The notes below the pieces were generated by a model. That model was not told the origin of the DNA and ran no database searches. It saw only the letters and a program-made list of their open reading frames with translations. 64,000 nt of DNA, from the IMG/VR virus record IMGVR_UViG_3300043411_001639, positions 1-64,000 of that record; one strand, given 5' to 3'. Both the position numbers and the translations under genes were made by a program. Numbering within the stretch: the first letter of the stretch is position 1; each line of letters starts with the position of its first letter. This DNA is from a virus. This document shows positions 21,473 through 31,751 of this stretch, in pieces.

Positions 21473-22552
21473 ATGTCTACCAACAAGAAGATTCTCGTGG
21501 GAATGTCTGGTGGTGTGGATTCTGCTGTTGTTGCGGCTATTCTTGCAAAACAGGGGAATGAAGTCATCGCCTATACTCTGAAACTTCTTGAATCTTTTTC
21601 TGTTGATGAAGAAGGTGAAGAGGATAACACCAAGGGATGTTGTTCTTTTGAAGACATCAAAGATGCTACTCGTGTCTGTGACAAGATTGGTGGAATCAAC
21701 CACGTTGTTCAGAACTGGAAGAACCAGTTTTATCAGACTGTTATCAAGCCTTATATTGATGGTGCTCGTGAAGGTGTAACTACCAATCCTTGCATCACCT
21801 GTAATTCTTCTATTAAAATCCCTGTTTTGATGGCTGTTGCTGCAAAACTTGGATGTTCAAAAGTAGCAACAGGGCATTATGCCCGTGTTTCCAGTGATGG
21901 AAAACATATCATGCGTGCTGCTAATCTCAAAAAAGATCAATCTTATTTTCTCTGGGATCTTACTCCCGATATCATCTCACGTCTTGAGTTTCCTCTTGGT
22001 GAAGTTTCAGACAAAGAAGATACTCGGGAAATGGCTCGTGAGTTTAATCTTCATATTTCTGAGAAGAAAGATTCAACCAATCTCTGTTTTCTAAAGGGAG
22101 GAACAAAGGAAGAGTTCCTTTCTAAGAATGGCGTAGTATCTGAACCTGGGAACTTCGTTGACACCAACGGAACTATTCTAGGAAAGCACCAGGGATATAC
22201 AAAATATGTTCCTGGGCAACGTACAGGTTTGAACTCTAGCAACGGTGCAAGGTTTGTTCTTAACGTAGTTGCAGATACTAATACTGTTGTAGTAGGCGAC
22301 AAGTCTACTGATGGAATTTCAACCGTAACTATTAACAAAGCTAAGTGGGTTGATGGAACTAAGCCTTCACTTGATGCTCTTGAAGGTGTTTGCAGGTATC
22401 ATTCTGCACCTGTTGGAATCAAGTCTATCACTGAAAACTCTGATAACACTTGGACAGTTGAGTTTAATACTCCTGTGTTTGGTATCACCAAAGGTCAACA
22501 TCTTGTGTTTTATCAGAATGACTGCGTGATGGGTGGTGGAGTGTTTGTTTAA
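21473..22552 (+). CDS. mnmA: tRNA U34 2-thiouridylase
   Basis: PP-loop SGGVDS, NPCITCN, ATGHYAR, KDQSYFL, FPLG, KKDSTNLCF, GQR.GL, GQ..VFY...GGG. Confidence 0.95.
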   Translation: MSTNKKILVGMSGGVDSAVVAAILAKQGNEVIAYTLKLLESFSVDEEGEEDNTKGCCSFEDIKDATRVCDKIGGINHVVQNWKNQFYQTVIKPYIDGAREGVTTNPCITCNSSIKIPVLMAVAAKLGCSKVATGHYARVSSDGKHIMRAANLKKDQSYFLWDLTPDIISRLEFPLGEVSDKEDTREMAREFNLHISEKKDSTNLCFLKGGTKEEFLSKNGVVSEPGNFVDTNGTILGKHQGYTKYVPGQRTGLNSSNGARFVLNVVADTNTVVVGDKSTDGISTVTINKAKWVDGTKPSLDALEGVCRYHSAPVGIKSITENSDNTWTVEFNTPVFGITKGQHLVFYQNDCVMGGGVFV

Positions 22553-23107
22553 TAATATAAATGTAGCCCATCTAGTTCCAGGTAATTTAATTCTTTATTG
22601 TGAAGTAATACATGTTGTTTTAACTCAACCAACCCGAGGATTGGGTGATTATACCAGTTATTGGTTTTTTCAAACATTGAACTCAAAATAACTCCCACAT
22701 GATAATATTAGGCAGCTATTTTAAAGTTCTATGTTAAGAACTGTATTAGCTAAAAATTTAAAACCCGGAATGATTATCAAGTGTGGGTTTATGGTATTAA
22801 CAATCAACAAAGGTATTACTGTCTGGTTTTTAATGGAATATGAGATTCAGAAAAAATATATCCTTAAGTGGGAAGTACGCCAAACAATCTAACAAAAAAG
22901 AAAAACAACGACAATGACATTCTACATCCTAGTGCTAAACGGTCTGTTTTATGTTGAAAATCCACAGGAAAGAATTTCTTTCTATGCTCTGGACTATGAA
23001 GATGCCTATGACCGTATTGAGTTTGAACTAGAAGAAATGGTTGACAGTGGTTATATTCCAGTTGAAACCAGTGTTCAGGTAGTTGAAATGTTCCTTCCTT
23101 TCCCACT

Positions 23108-23320
23108 ATGACTAGAGCTATCTTAGCAAGAGATCTAAAATCAGGAGATATTATTAAATGGAACAATTCCTTGATGTTGGTTTTAACTGAAGAAATGGGA
23201 AACAATCAAACCATAGTATTTCGGTTGTTATCTGGTACTAAGATTAAAACTCAAACATTCTGGAAGGATGTAGATCTAGTAAATGTCTATGATCCAGCAC
23301 TGGTTGATCTATGGCAGTAA
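23108..23320 (+). CDS. family A small protein
   Basis: LKSGDII..MLVL. Confidence 0.55.
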   Translation: MTRAILARDLKSGDIIKWNNSLMLVLTEEMGNNQTIVFRLLSGTKIKTQTFWKDVDLVNVYDPALVDLWQ

Positions 23321-23514
23321 AAACTATTCACCCATCACACCTAAAACCTGGAATGGTAGTTGTATCAAACAACATTTTGCTTATTTTATTGGTATTAATT
23401 CCTAGAGATATTCATTTTAAGGAATATTTTATTGGTTTTAGATGCTTAACATTAAAAGGTGTTGTAGGTTGGGTATGGGATTTAGAAGAAGATCTAGTAC
23501 AGATACAAGTATGA
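23311..23514 (+). CDS. family A small protein
   Basis: LKPGMVV..LLVL. Confidence 0.55.
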   Translation: MAVKTIHPSHLKPGMVVVSNNILLILLVLIPRDIHFKEYFIGFRCLTLKGVVGWVWDLEEDLVQIQV

Positions 23515-23529
23515 ATTACAACAAATCAG

Positions 23530-23558
23530 TTGCATCTCCCCTCGGAACCTGCTAAGGT
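23530..23558 (+). promoter_or_regulatory. phage early promoter
   Basis: TTGCAT-17-TAAGGT. Confidence 0.85.
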
Positions 23559-23590
23559 TGGATCGTAGACCACCACCAAACGGAGTTGTT

Positions 23591-24019
23591 ATGGGGACTG
23601 GTAAGCGGTTTTTGGATCTTGCTATCAGAAAGTGTAGAGAGCACAAGTTTGATTCCGCGATGGAATTTACTCTGTGTGCTATTCTCGTGAAGAGTGGACG
23701 TGTTCTGTCCATTGGTTTTAACCGTTCGGGTTATTCAGCAATGATGACAAAGCACAAACACCACGATGGTGTTTGTTCCGTACACGCCGAAGTTGACGCT
23801 TTACTTCAGGCAAGAATGTGTGGTGTTACTGACGCAACCATCTATGTTGCCCGTGTTCGTAAAAAGGGTGATCTTGGATTGGCAAAGCCCTGTCCTATGT
23901 GTCAGTCAATTCTCCATGAACAGGGTATCAAGACTGCTTTCTTTACCTTGATTGGTTCAGATAATGCGTTTGGTACCCTTAACCTTCGTATTCCTCCAAC
24001 CTTCAAGAGAATGGGATAA
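23591..24019 (+). CDS. cytidine/deoxycytidylate deaminase-family protein
   Basis: HAE...PCPMC Zn motif; start moved to ATG 23591 (GGAG RBS, downstream of the promoter). Confidence 0.85.
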   Translation: MGTGKRFLDLAIRKCREHKFDSAMEFTLCAILVKSGRVLSIGFNRSGYSAMMTKHKHHDGVCSVHAEVDALLQARMCGVTDATIYVARVRKKGDLGLAKPCPMCQSILHEQGIKTAFFTLIGSDNAFGTLNLRIPPTFKRMG

Positions 24020-24324
24020 CAGTGAAATATATCATCAAAGATCTCTATAAGCGTTTTCTTCTACTGTTTGTTTTAACAGTTCGTTCTGAACAAAGGAATG
24101 AAGTAGAGTTCAAGCATTTTCTTTGTCTCTACTTTTTAACAGTGAGCCATCATACAAAATTCTTCTCTGTTACCTGGAGAACAGGTCCAGATAATCTTCA
24201 TGATGGTTTTGGAACAAGTTTTGGTAGGTTTTTTGATAACGCTTTTACTTTAAGTGGTATTGGTGTGAGCAAACAACAAGATACACAAGGATGTTTGACT
24301 CCTATAACGGTTGTTTCATAGGTT

Positions 24325-24361
24325 AGTGTAATCCTATTCATATAGGAAGAGGAGAGGGGTA
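24325..24361 (+). repeat. dispersed repeat, copy 1 (hairpin + purine tract)
   Basis: AGTGTAATCCTATTCA..TAGGA.GAGGAG.GGGGTA; second copy at 39760..39796. Confidence 0.7.
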
Positions 24362-24362
24362 T

Positions 24363-24866
24363 ATGTCTTCAGATCTGTATATTGATGGTTTTGTTAGTTC
24401 AGATAGAACTTATGATGAAGATAATATTGAAACCAAATGGATTGGTCATCTAGGAACTTGTACTTACTTTGGTTTTCACCTAACAGATAGAATCAATGAT
24501 TATCGTCATAGGAACTGTCTGAGATATTCAGAAGTAAAGTTTTTGACTGATGAACAAACAAGTGAAATCTATTCCGATTATTATAATCAACTACGTAGGT
24601 TTCAAGAAAAATTAGGCAATGATCATTGTAGTTGTAATCAACCAATGTCTGATGAAGATGTTGAAGCACTTGTTTCTATCTTTGATGGTCTGGATAAACA
24701 CTGGCAACATCTAAACAGTTTAACAGATAAAGAGTTTGATGCTCTTGGTTATGCATATGTAAGACCAACTCCTGAGAAAGTTAGGGAGGATATCTTTTCT
24801 GGTGAAGAGATCAGGGATAGTTTGGTTGATATGATTGGCTTTTACTGGAATACAAGGTGTGACTGA
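24363..24866 (+). CDS. hypothetical protein
   Basis: 167 aa ORF with strong GAGGAG RBS. Confidence 0.75.
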   Translation: MSSDLYIDGFVSSDRTYDEDNIETKWIGHLGTCTYFGFHLTDRINDYRHRNCLRYSEVKFLTDEQTSEIYSDYYNQLRRFQEKLGNDHCSCNQPMSDEDVEALVSIFDGLDKHWQHLNSLTDKEFDALGYAYVRPTPEKVREDIFSGEEIRDSLVDMIGFYWNTRCD

Positions 24867-25272
24867 CATGAATCAAAGATATTTCAACGGTACATTCATC
24901 TGTTACAGGGTTCCTAACCCACAGAATCCCAACAAAACAAACACAGTGTTTTATTTCTGTTGCATTGATGGTATTCCAGCTAATGTATCAGAAGAGGTTT
25001 GGGAGAACTGTAATCCTGAACATCAATGTCTTAGAGTAACCATCTCTCCTACCAAGGGATTTATTAGAGAATGGTTTAATGGTGCTAATGAGGCTGTGAT
25101 CAATACTCCAGCTAATCATTTTCAAACAACAAACATCTGGGGATAGGATAGTTATGAATACTACCAGAGTGCAACCCAATTACAATCCCAACACAGATCC
25201 AATTGAACTTGCTGTTATGGGTTTTGTGTGTTTGTTTGCGTTGTTCTCTCTGTTCTTTGTAATGATTGAACA

Positions 25273-25301
25273 GTGCAACTAGTCTAGGACTGTGTTAGAG
25301 T
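25273..25301 (+). promoter_or_regulatory. phage early promoter (variant)
   Basis: GTGCAA-17-TAGAGT. Confidence 0.65.
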
Positions 25302-25311
25302 AGGGTATCAA

Positions 25312-26007
25312 ATGCACGGTAAATACTCAACTCTTGTACTTCAATCAAAAAACATAAAAACTGGTCTTGTATCTGCTACCTATTCCTCTATTGATGCAAC
25401 CTGTCCTAAGTCTTGTCCCTTCATGGGAGAAGGTTGTTATGCGCAGATAGGAATGGTAGGAATTCACACTGTCAGATTTAATAAAAAATACCATAGAGCT
25501 CGCTCTGTTGTTACCCCCGAAGACGTAGCAAGGGAGGAAGCAGTTTTAATTAAAAAGGCAATCTGTGAATCTAAAAACAACCTTCCTCTCCGTCTTCATG
25601 TGGCAGGAGATAGCAGGACAAACAAAGCTGCTAAACTACTAAGCAACTCAGTTAAACACTGGAATCAACCTGTTTGGTGTTATACTCACGCTTGGAGGAA
25701 TGTTCATAGAGAGTCATGGGGAACAAAGGTTAGTATCCTAGCTTCCTGTGAATCTATAACAGATGCTAAGATAGCAATGAACAAGGGATATGCGGTTGCA
25801 ATAGTAACTCCTCCACATCCTTCTCCTAAAGCTTATATGCAAGATGGGGTTAAAGTTATCCCCTGTCCAGCACAAACCCATGACAATGTTACTTGTGTTA
25901 CCTGTAAACTATGTTGGAATGATCAGAAACTCCTGAAACAAAACGCTGTTATAGCTTTTGAAGCTCATGGAGTTATGAAACGTAGAGTATTGAATGTACT
26001 ACAATGA
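25312..26007 (+). CDS. Gp88-like Cys-rich (putative Fe-S) phage protein
   Basis: TCP.SC.....CYA, RLHVAGD, W.YTH, ASCES, CPAQ....TCVTCKLC. Confidence 0.65.
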   Translation: MHGKYSTLVLQSKNIKTGLVSATYSSIDATCPKSCPFMGEGCYAQIGMVGIHTVRFNKKYHRARSVVTPEDVAREEAVLIKKAICESKNNLPLRLHVAGDSRTNKAAKLLSNSVKHWNQPVWCYTHAWRNVHRESWGTKVSILASCESITDAKIAMNKGYAVAIVTPPHPSPKAYMQDGVKVIPCPAQTHDNVTCVTCKLCWNDQKLLKQNAVIAFEAHGVMKRRVLNVLQ

Positions 26008-26219
26008 AAATAAGAAAACAGATCCAAGAGATAAAACCTGGAGACTTGGTTTATTCTATCTTTGATAAAAGTTACTTAGTGTTAGACAATAAATTTATTG
26101 GATTGTCTTGTTTTAACAACGAAATTTTTAAAATGATCTGTCTTTCTGCTAAAGGAAATATTGTGGACATACAAGCTAACGCAGATAAATGTTATACTCT
26201 TTTAAATGATAGAAGTTAA
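26004..26219 (+). CDS. family A small protein
   Basis: IKPGDLV..YLVL. Confidence 0.55.
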   Translation: MKIRKQIQEIKPGDLVYSIFDKSYLVLDNKFIGLSCFNNEIFKMICLSAKGNIVDIQANADKCYTLLNDRS

Positions 26220-26427
26220 AAAGATATCCGAGTTAATACCTGGAGATTTAGTGTTTATATATAACAAATTTCTTTGTATTCTATTATCAAAAAAAACTAA
26301 CACTGTGAAAAGTCTTACTATTCCTAGCTATGAAACTACAGGTTATGAACTAACATGTTTATGGCCCACAACTTTAGTTAAAACAACTTTTCATTCTGGG
26401 AATAAAGATATTCAGGTTTTAAAATGA
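26206..26427 (+). CDS. family A small protein
   Basis: LIPGDLVF; close paralogue of 26424..26633. Confidence 0.6.
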   Translation: MIEVKKISELIPGDLVFIYNKFLCILLSKKTNTVKSLTIPSYETTGYELTCLWPTTLVKTTFHSGNKDIQVLK

Positions 26428-26633
26428 TTTCCTATAAACCAACAGCTAAAACAGTTCCAGGTGATTTAATATTTGTTAAAAATAGATTTTGTGGAATGCT
26501 GATGTCAAAAACATCAGAAATAAGTCAAGTTTGGGGACAAGTAGAAACAATCTTTAAACTAACCTGTTTACATCCTGTAACTGGAATTACTGTCGTTAGT
26601 TATGCTTTTTATTCAATTCAGGTATTAAAATGA
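26424..26633 (+). CDS. family A small protein
   Basis: TVPGDLIF; ends IQVLK like its upstream paralogue. Confidence 0.6.
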   Translation: MISYKPTAKTVPGDLIFVKNRFCGMLMSKTSEISQVWGQVETIFKLTCLHPVTGITVVSYAFYSIQVLK

Positions 26634-26914
26634 AAACAACTCTAGAACCCGTATATCAATGTGAAACTTGTAACAACAGATCACTGGACAAACATCAGAT
26701 TGAACAGTGTGAAGCTAAAGGAAACCTCTTTGTTGGAAGAAAAGTAATGTTAAAAGAGTACCTAACCACCTGTAATATTATCAGTCACAGCACTGAGTTT
26801 ATGAACGGACACAAACCTTCAGAAATAACAGTACAATTCCCTTGGCAAGTATTACCAACTAAGATCTATCCAAACACTACCTGGGAATTTGTTAGTTACG
26901 CTGGAACATGGTAA
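26630..26914 (+). CDS. CxxC..CE family protein
   Basis: YQCETC...QCE; paralogues at 27376 and 38394. Confidence 0.6.
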   Translation: MKTTLEPVYQCETCNNRSLDKHQIEQCEAKGNLFVGRKVMLKEYLTTCNIISHSTEFMNGHKPSEITVQFPWQVLPTKIYPNTTWEFVSYAGTW

Positions 26915-26920
26915 TGATAG

Positions 26921-27004
26921 GAAGCATTATAACCAATCTTGGTACAGCAACAACGAGTAACCGAAGCATTATAACCAATCTTGGTACAGCAACAACGAGT
27001 AACC
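26921..27004 (+). repeat. exact 42-bp in-frame tandem duplication
   Basis: GAAGCATTATAACCAATCTTGGTACAGCAACAACGAGTAACC x2 inside ORF 26908..27153. Confidence 0.95.
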
Positions 27005-27375
27005 AACTTGGTATAATTTTAGACAGGACTTTTGTAAGAACAAATGTTTACCAAGTTGATGTTTATCAGAATATTGTCCTTCTATCAAGTGGTAAAATAG
27101 TTAAATTAACTTTTGTTGATGCTGCGTTGGATGTTTTAACTGAAAGATATTAATGGTTGGAATAATCATAACCAATTTTAGTGATGGATTAAGAGACAAT
27201 CTAGTTGGTATAGTTCTAAGTCAAACTTTTGTTGGGAAAGGTCGGATGTCAAATCAAGATATCTGGCGTATTGTTGTTCTTTTATCTGATGGTAAATTGT
27301 TTGAACAAGTGTTCACTGAACATTTGTTAATGATGTATAACGTTCTAAAATCCAAAGAAACGGAATAATAAACCA

Positions 27376-27729
27376 ATGCCCTATCAAGTCTGGAAATGTA
27401 GTATTTGTGACAAAGAGTGTGAAACAAAAAAAGAAGCTGTTAAGTGTGAAAAACAGAAGGTAGATCCACCACAACACAAGGTAGGAGATGTTGTTTTGGT
27501 TAAAACTGAGTACGAAAAAGAACCACATGGTATTATCCAAGAAACTGTTGAGAGAACAGTTATAGGAGTTGAGTTAGGTTGTTCCCCATATGCTCCTAAT
27601 GGTGGTATGCATGACTGGTATGTTATTCTTAATGAAGAGATATCAGAGCTTCTAACAGATAATGAAGGCAATGAATACCTTGATACTACAGATCAGATCT
27701 TAGAACACCGTGCAACTAAAAAACCATGA
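27376..27729 (+). CDS. CxxC..CE family protein
   Basis: WKCSIC...EAVKCE...KVGDVV. Confidence 0.65.
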   Translation: MPYQVWKCSICDKECETKKEAVKCEKQKVDPPQHKVGDVVLVKTEYEKEPHGIIQETVERTVIGVELGCSPYAPNGGMHDWYVILNEEISELLTDNEGNEYLDTTDQILEHRATKKP

Positions 27730-27946
27730 AGTTCCTCTATACTAATCCAAGAGACATAAACCTTGGTGATATAGTAATAAATATTCAACAAAGTAAAATC
27801 TGGATAATTCTTAACAAACAGCCTACAAAACATGAAAACCTACATATGTTTTCATACATGAGTTTTGATGGCAAGGTTAAAGTTGATATTTTTGGACAAG
27901 AGATTAAAGTATTAAACAATGGCAACAGTTAAATGATTATATCATG

Positions 27947-27975
27947 TTGCAACCTCCCCTCTAACGTGCTAAGGT
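27947..27975 (+). promoter_or_regulatory. phage early promoter (leaderless)
   Basis: TTGCAA-17-TAAGGT; ATG 27982. Confidence 0.85.
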
Positions 27976-28588
27976 AAAACTATGATCAAATATCATTCTC
28001 ATCCTGTGTTTGTATCATTGCTTGATGCTATTGCATATCATCAAATCAGAACGGAGAAATCTGCTGATTGCCTGTTTAATTCAAAGTGGCTCTATGACAT
28101 TTTGATGAACATGTGTGAAACAGAAACAGAAGAAGAGATGATGGAACAGAGAAAAGAATCATTCATGTTTGCTGTTCAAAAAACACAGGAGATTGAAGGT
28201 GTTACCTTTTCTCAGATTGAAGTTAACAATAAACTATACTGGACGTGGAACTATAATGGCTAACAATGACTTGTTAAAGTTTGTAAGAAACATATCCGAT
28301 ACTTTTAAATCAGATCCTAGTGATGAAAATGAAACCTACTGTGACTGTGTTGTTAGAACAGTCCAAGATTTAGTTAAAACTGGATCTATTATCATATCTA
28401 ATCAACCTGGATATGACAAAGCAGTTAAATCTTATTGGAGTTCTGGCAAACCTGCCACTTATGATAGTTCCTATGAAGGCAAAGCAGCATATATGAGAGA
28501 TGTTGTTGCTTACGCAGAAACAGGTAATGATCAAGAACTAATTCTTGAAGCTGTGATTGATGAACTAGATCTATTGCTACAAAACCCG

Positions 28589-28617
28589 TTGCAACACCCG
28601 CTGGAACCTGCTAAGGT
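28589..28617 (+). promoter_or_regulatory. phage early promoter
   Basis: TTGCAA-17-TAAGGT. Confidence 0.8.
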
Positions 28618-30129
28618 TGGGTTGCAAGTCAGTCAACGATCTAACAAGGGAATCTAAATGATTTTCAACATCGCTCTTCATCAAATGGTTGGCAAGAACA
28701 ACCCAAACAAGGTTCTTGAATACAAGAAGGCTCTGAAAGCAGCTTTTCTAGATGATGATATTCCTAATGCTCTTTCAGAGCAGATCTTTAAGCAGGCTTA
28801 TGATGGTGCGGACGGCGTTTATATAAATCTTGAGGAGAATTATGAGAAGCTGGCAACCCTTGTCAATTCTGCTTTTGCTTATGGTTGCCAGCATGTAGTT
28901 CAGAAATTTTAACATGACAATCACAACCAGACATATCAACGATCTTCTTTCTGAGTTCAATGTCTACGTGATGCCTGATGGAACAATTCTAACAACAGAA
29001 GACTCTGATATTCCAGGGGCTTTTGAAGCTCTGGATACTCTGAGAATGGGGATTAAGACAGTGTTTCAGGAAGTGAAAGGTCAGATTCTTACAGAACTTT
29101 CACTTATGGGACAATTCCGTATGATTACTTCAATGTCCATTCATCTAATTCATGGTGATGGTTTCTATCATCATTTCTAAGGAAAAATATCAATGATCAT
29201 CGTAAAAAACTTGGTAATGGATAGTCCTCGTGTTGATGCTGTTGATGAGAAGACAGGGGAAACTCTGTTTACTATCAAGATCTCCAAGGAAGGTTTGTTT
29301 CTGTGTGTTGGTTCTATTAGTGAGGTATGTATCAACGATCAGATTCCAAACTTTAGCTTTGATCTTCTGGTAGCTATCATGCAACTTATCGTGAACTGGT
29401 ATCAAGTTCCTGAGTCTGTTAAAGTAAATCCTAGCAACAAGGTAATGTCGTGAATAACAATAAAACGAGTTTTCCAACTAATACATTACTTCCACATTCA
29501 AACAACCTTGGTATTCCAATTGTTGAAGGAGTACGTATGTTTTATGATTCCAGTATTTGAATCTAAAAAAGAATCACAAGAATTTTTTGATCAATCTGCA
29601 AAACTTTACATCAAACAACATGAATAACACAAAAACAACTACATCAGAACGTCTCAAATGTCTGTTCCTCATCAAAGGGAACAAAGCCTATGTCAACCTA
29701 GCATTCTATGCTCTTGACTATCTGAAATATCATAGTTTTCTAAGAGCATGGATGAACAGAAAGGGAATGATGGTTGAGTTTGAACTAACCACCTCTCCAG
29801 AGAAAGTAGAAAACGTTCTTCTTGCTATTGGAATGCAACGTGGATTGTTTAACGAAGAGAACCAACAGTTTCTTGCAACATATCAAGCTGCTCCAATGCA
29901 GTATGAATCAAAACTGGACTGACATCATGTTAAAAGAAGTATCAAACTGGTTTAAGATCCTAAAGGCAATCAACCAAGGATTGATCATTGATACTAAACA
30001 CTTCTCTATAGCAGACAGACGCGGTTGTTTGGTTGATTCAACAGGTAAAAACTGGTGGATCTATAACATGAGAGATGATGTCTCAGTTGATAACATCATC
30101 AATTCTATCAAGAAATAAATAAAAATCTG

Positions 30130-30158
30130 TTGCATCTCCGCTCGGAACCTGCTAGTGT
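30130..30158 (+). promoter_or_regulatory. phage early promoter
   Basis: TTGCAT-17-TAGTGT. Confidence 0.85.
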
Positions 30159-30430
30159 CGGGTTGAGGGCTGAACATGGATAACAATAAAATCCGAGATT
30201 TCAACAAACTCAAAATCATCCACGAAATTACAACTCTCCTGCTTTCTTCAAAACGGAAGAAGTTTTTCTATTATTATCCCACGGTTTTTTCTGGGAGTCG
30301 CCATTTTGTGGAAGAATTTCTTCATGAAATCGGATTTCAAATTGATGAAGATCGTAGTGGTGTGAAAAAGACAGGCCCCGATACTTTTCAATCGTTTTTT
30401 GTTTTTAAGCGTCTATAACAAACAAACCAG

Positions 30431-30459
30431 TTGCAACCCACCTCTGAACGTGGTAGAGT
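30431..30459 (+). promoter_or_regulatory. phage early promoter
   Basis: TTGCAA-17-TAGAGT; ATG 30469. Confidence 0.85.
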
Positions 30460-30468
30460 CAACCCATC

Positions 30469-31146
30469 ATGGAAGAAAACAACACCATCAGGGTTGCACA
30501 CTTTAGTGACCTTCACGGCATGTGGAGGTTCATTGAACAAAAACTCCCTTATCTGGAAGATCAGAACGGGGAAGTAGAACTTCTCATCAACACAGGTGAT
30601 TTTCTTCCTAACATCGGTCGTCCTGTTAATCCTGAGCAGGAGATGGAGTTTCAGGCAAACTGGTTCAAGCAGAACAAAGATGGCATGTTTGCTGCTTTTG
30701 GTAACAGACCTATTGTTACCGTAGATGGAAATCATGATTTTCTTTGCCTTGGTGATCTTCTCAAGGAGAATGATTATCAGGGTGAAGTTCTTATCATTCG
30801 TCCTGGTGAGATTGTTAGCTACAAAAACAAAACCTTTGCCGGATTCAGTGAAATTCCCTATATCATGGGGGAATGGAACAGAGAAGTTCAGGGAGAAGAA
30901 CTAAAGCGCCTGAGCCATTTAACGCTTCAGCAGGGCGCGGAAATATTGCTAACTCATGTTCCGCCCGCTGGAATTCTTAGCGGCCCTTATGGGGCTAATG
31001 AGCTGACTAACGCTTTGTTCTATACTGAGCATAATACCAAGGTTCATATGTTTGGTCATGTCCATCCCGCGGGTGGAATGAAAATTATTGAATGCGGTAT
31101 GTTTTTTAGTAACGCTGCTTGTAGCATTAGTATCATTGAGATCTAA
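30469..31146 (+). CDS. calcineurin-like metallophosphoesterase
   Basis: SDLHG, TGD, GNHD, THVPP, GHVH motifs. Confidence 0.9.
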   Translation: MEENNTIRVAHFSDLHGMWRFIEQKLPYLEDQNGEVELLINTGDFLPNIGRPVNPEQEMEFQANWFKQNKDGMFAAFGNRPIVTVDGNHDFLCLGDLLKENDYQGEVLIIRPGEIVSYKNKTFAGFSEIPYIMGEWNREVQGEELKRLSHLTLQQGAEILLTHVPPAGILSGPYGANELTNALFYTEHNTKVHMFGHVHPAGGMKIIECGMFFSNAACSISIIEI

Positions 31147-31317
31147 AACAATGCAAACAAAACAACAACTTGAAATAAAATTTGATTCTGATTATTCAAA
31201 ACTTGGTATTTATTTTGAGGGAGAATACATTGCTTATATCCCTCAAAATCTAGACTGTTTTGAACTGTTGTATATCATGATTGTTATTTTGAACAAGTTA
31301 ATTTTAACAAAACATAT

Positions 31318-31692
31318 ATGAGACTTAAAACAAAACAAGAAATAACCGACTTAATAAACAGTGGTCTTGAATCAGAAGAAATAGGAAACCTGTATTACAG
31401 TGAAGATCATCTGGGACATCACATATTCTTTGATTATGATGAGTTCAGTGCTCAACAACCAAACCACTTTGAATCAAAAGCTATTTTAGAACAGAACTTA
31501 GAACAAGTATATGATCAAGAAGGTGGTGATGGACAGTTAATCACCAGAACTTTCTGGATTAAACCTTATCAGATGTATGTTACTGTTGAAGGAACTTATT
31601 CTAGTTGGGAAGGTCATGATTTTTATGATTGTTATATCTCTGAACCTTTCTGTTTTCAAGAAGTAAGATATAAAAAGAAAACTGAACAATGA
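31318..31692 (+). CDS. hypothetical protein, paralogue of 1327..1809
   Basis: GGDG..RTFWI..Y.MYV.VEGTYSSW. Confidence 0.7.
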   Translation: MRLKTKQEITDLINSGLESEEIGNLYYSEDHLGHHIFFDYDEFSAQQPNHFESKAILEQNLEQVYDQEGGDGQLITRTFWIKPYQMYVTVEGTYSSWEGHDFYDCYISEPFCFQEVRYKKKTEQ

Positions 31693-31722
31693 CAAACACC
31701 GTACATAATATTGAAATTCCTG

Positions 31723-31751
31723 TTGCAACTCTCCTCCGACTGTGGTAGTGT
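31723..31751 (+). promoter_or_regulatory. phage early promoter
   Basis: TTGCAA-17-TAGTGT; ATG 31780. Confidence 0.8.

Noticed and set aside
13248-22552. Cellular chromosome or eukaryotic giant-virus origin suggested by ileS and mnmA
   Set aside because: The surroundings are dense co-oriented small phage-type ORFs, bacterial promoters and peptidoglycan hydrolases, with no housekeeping operons.
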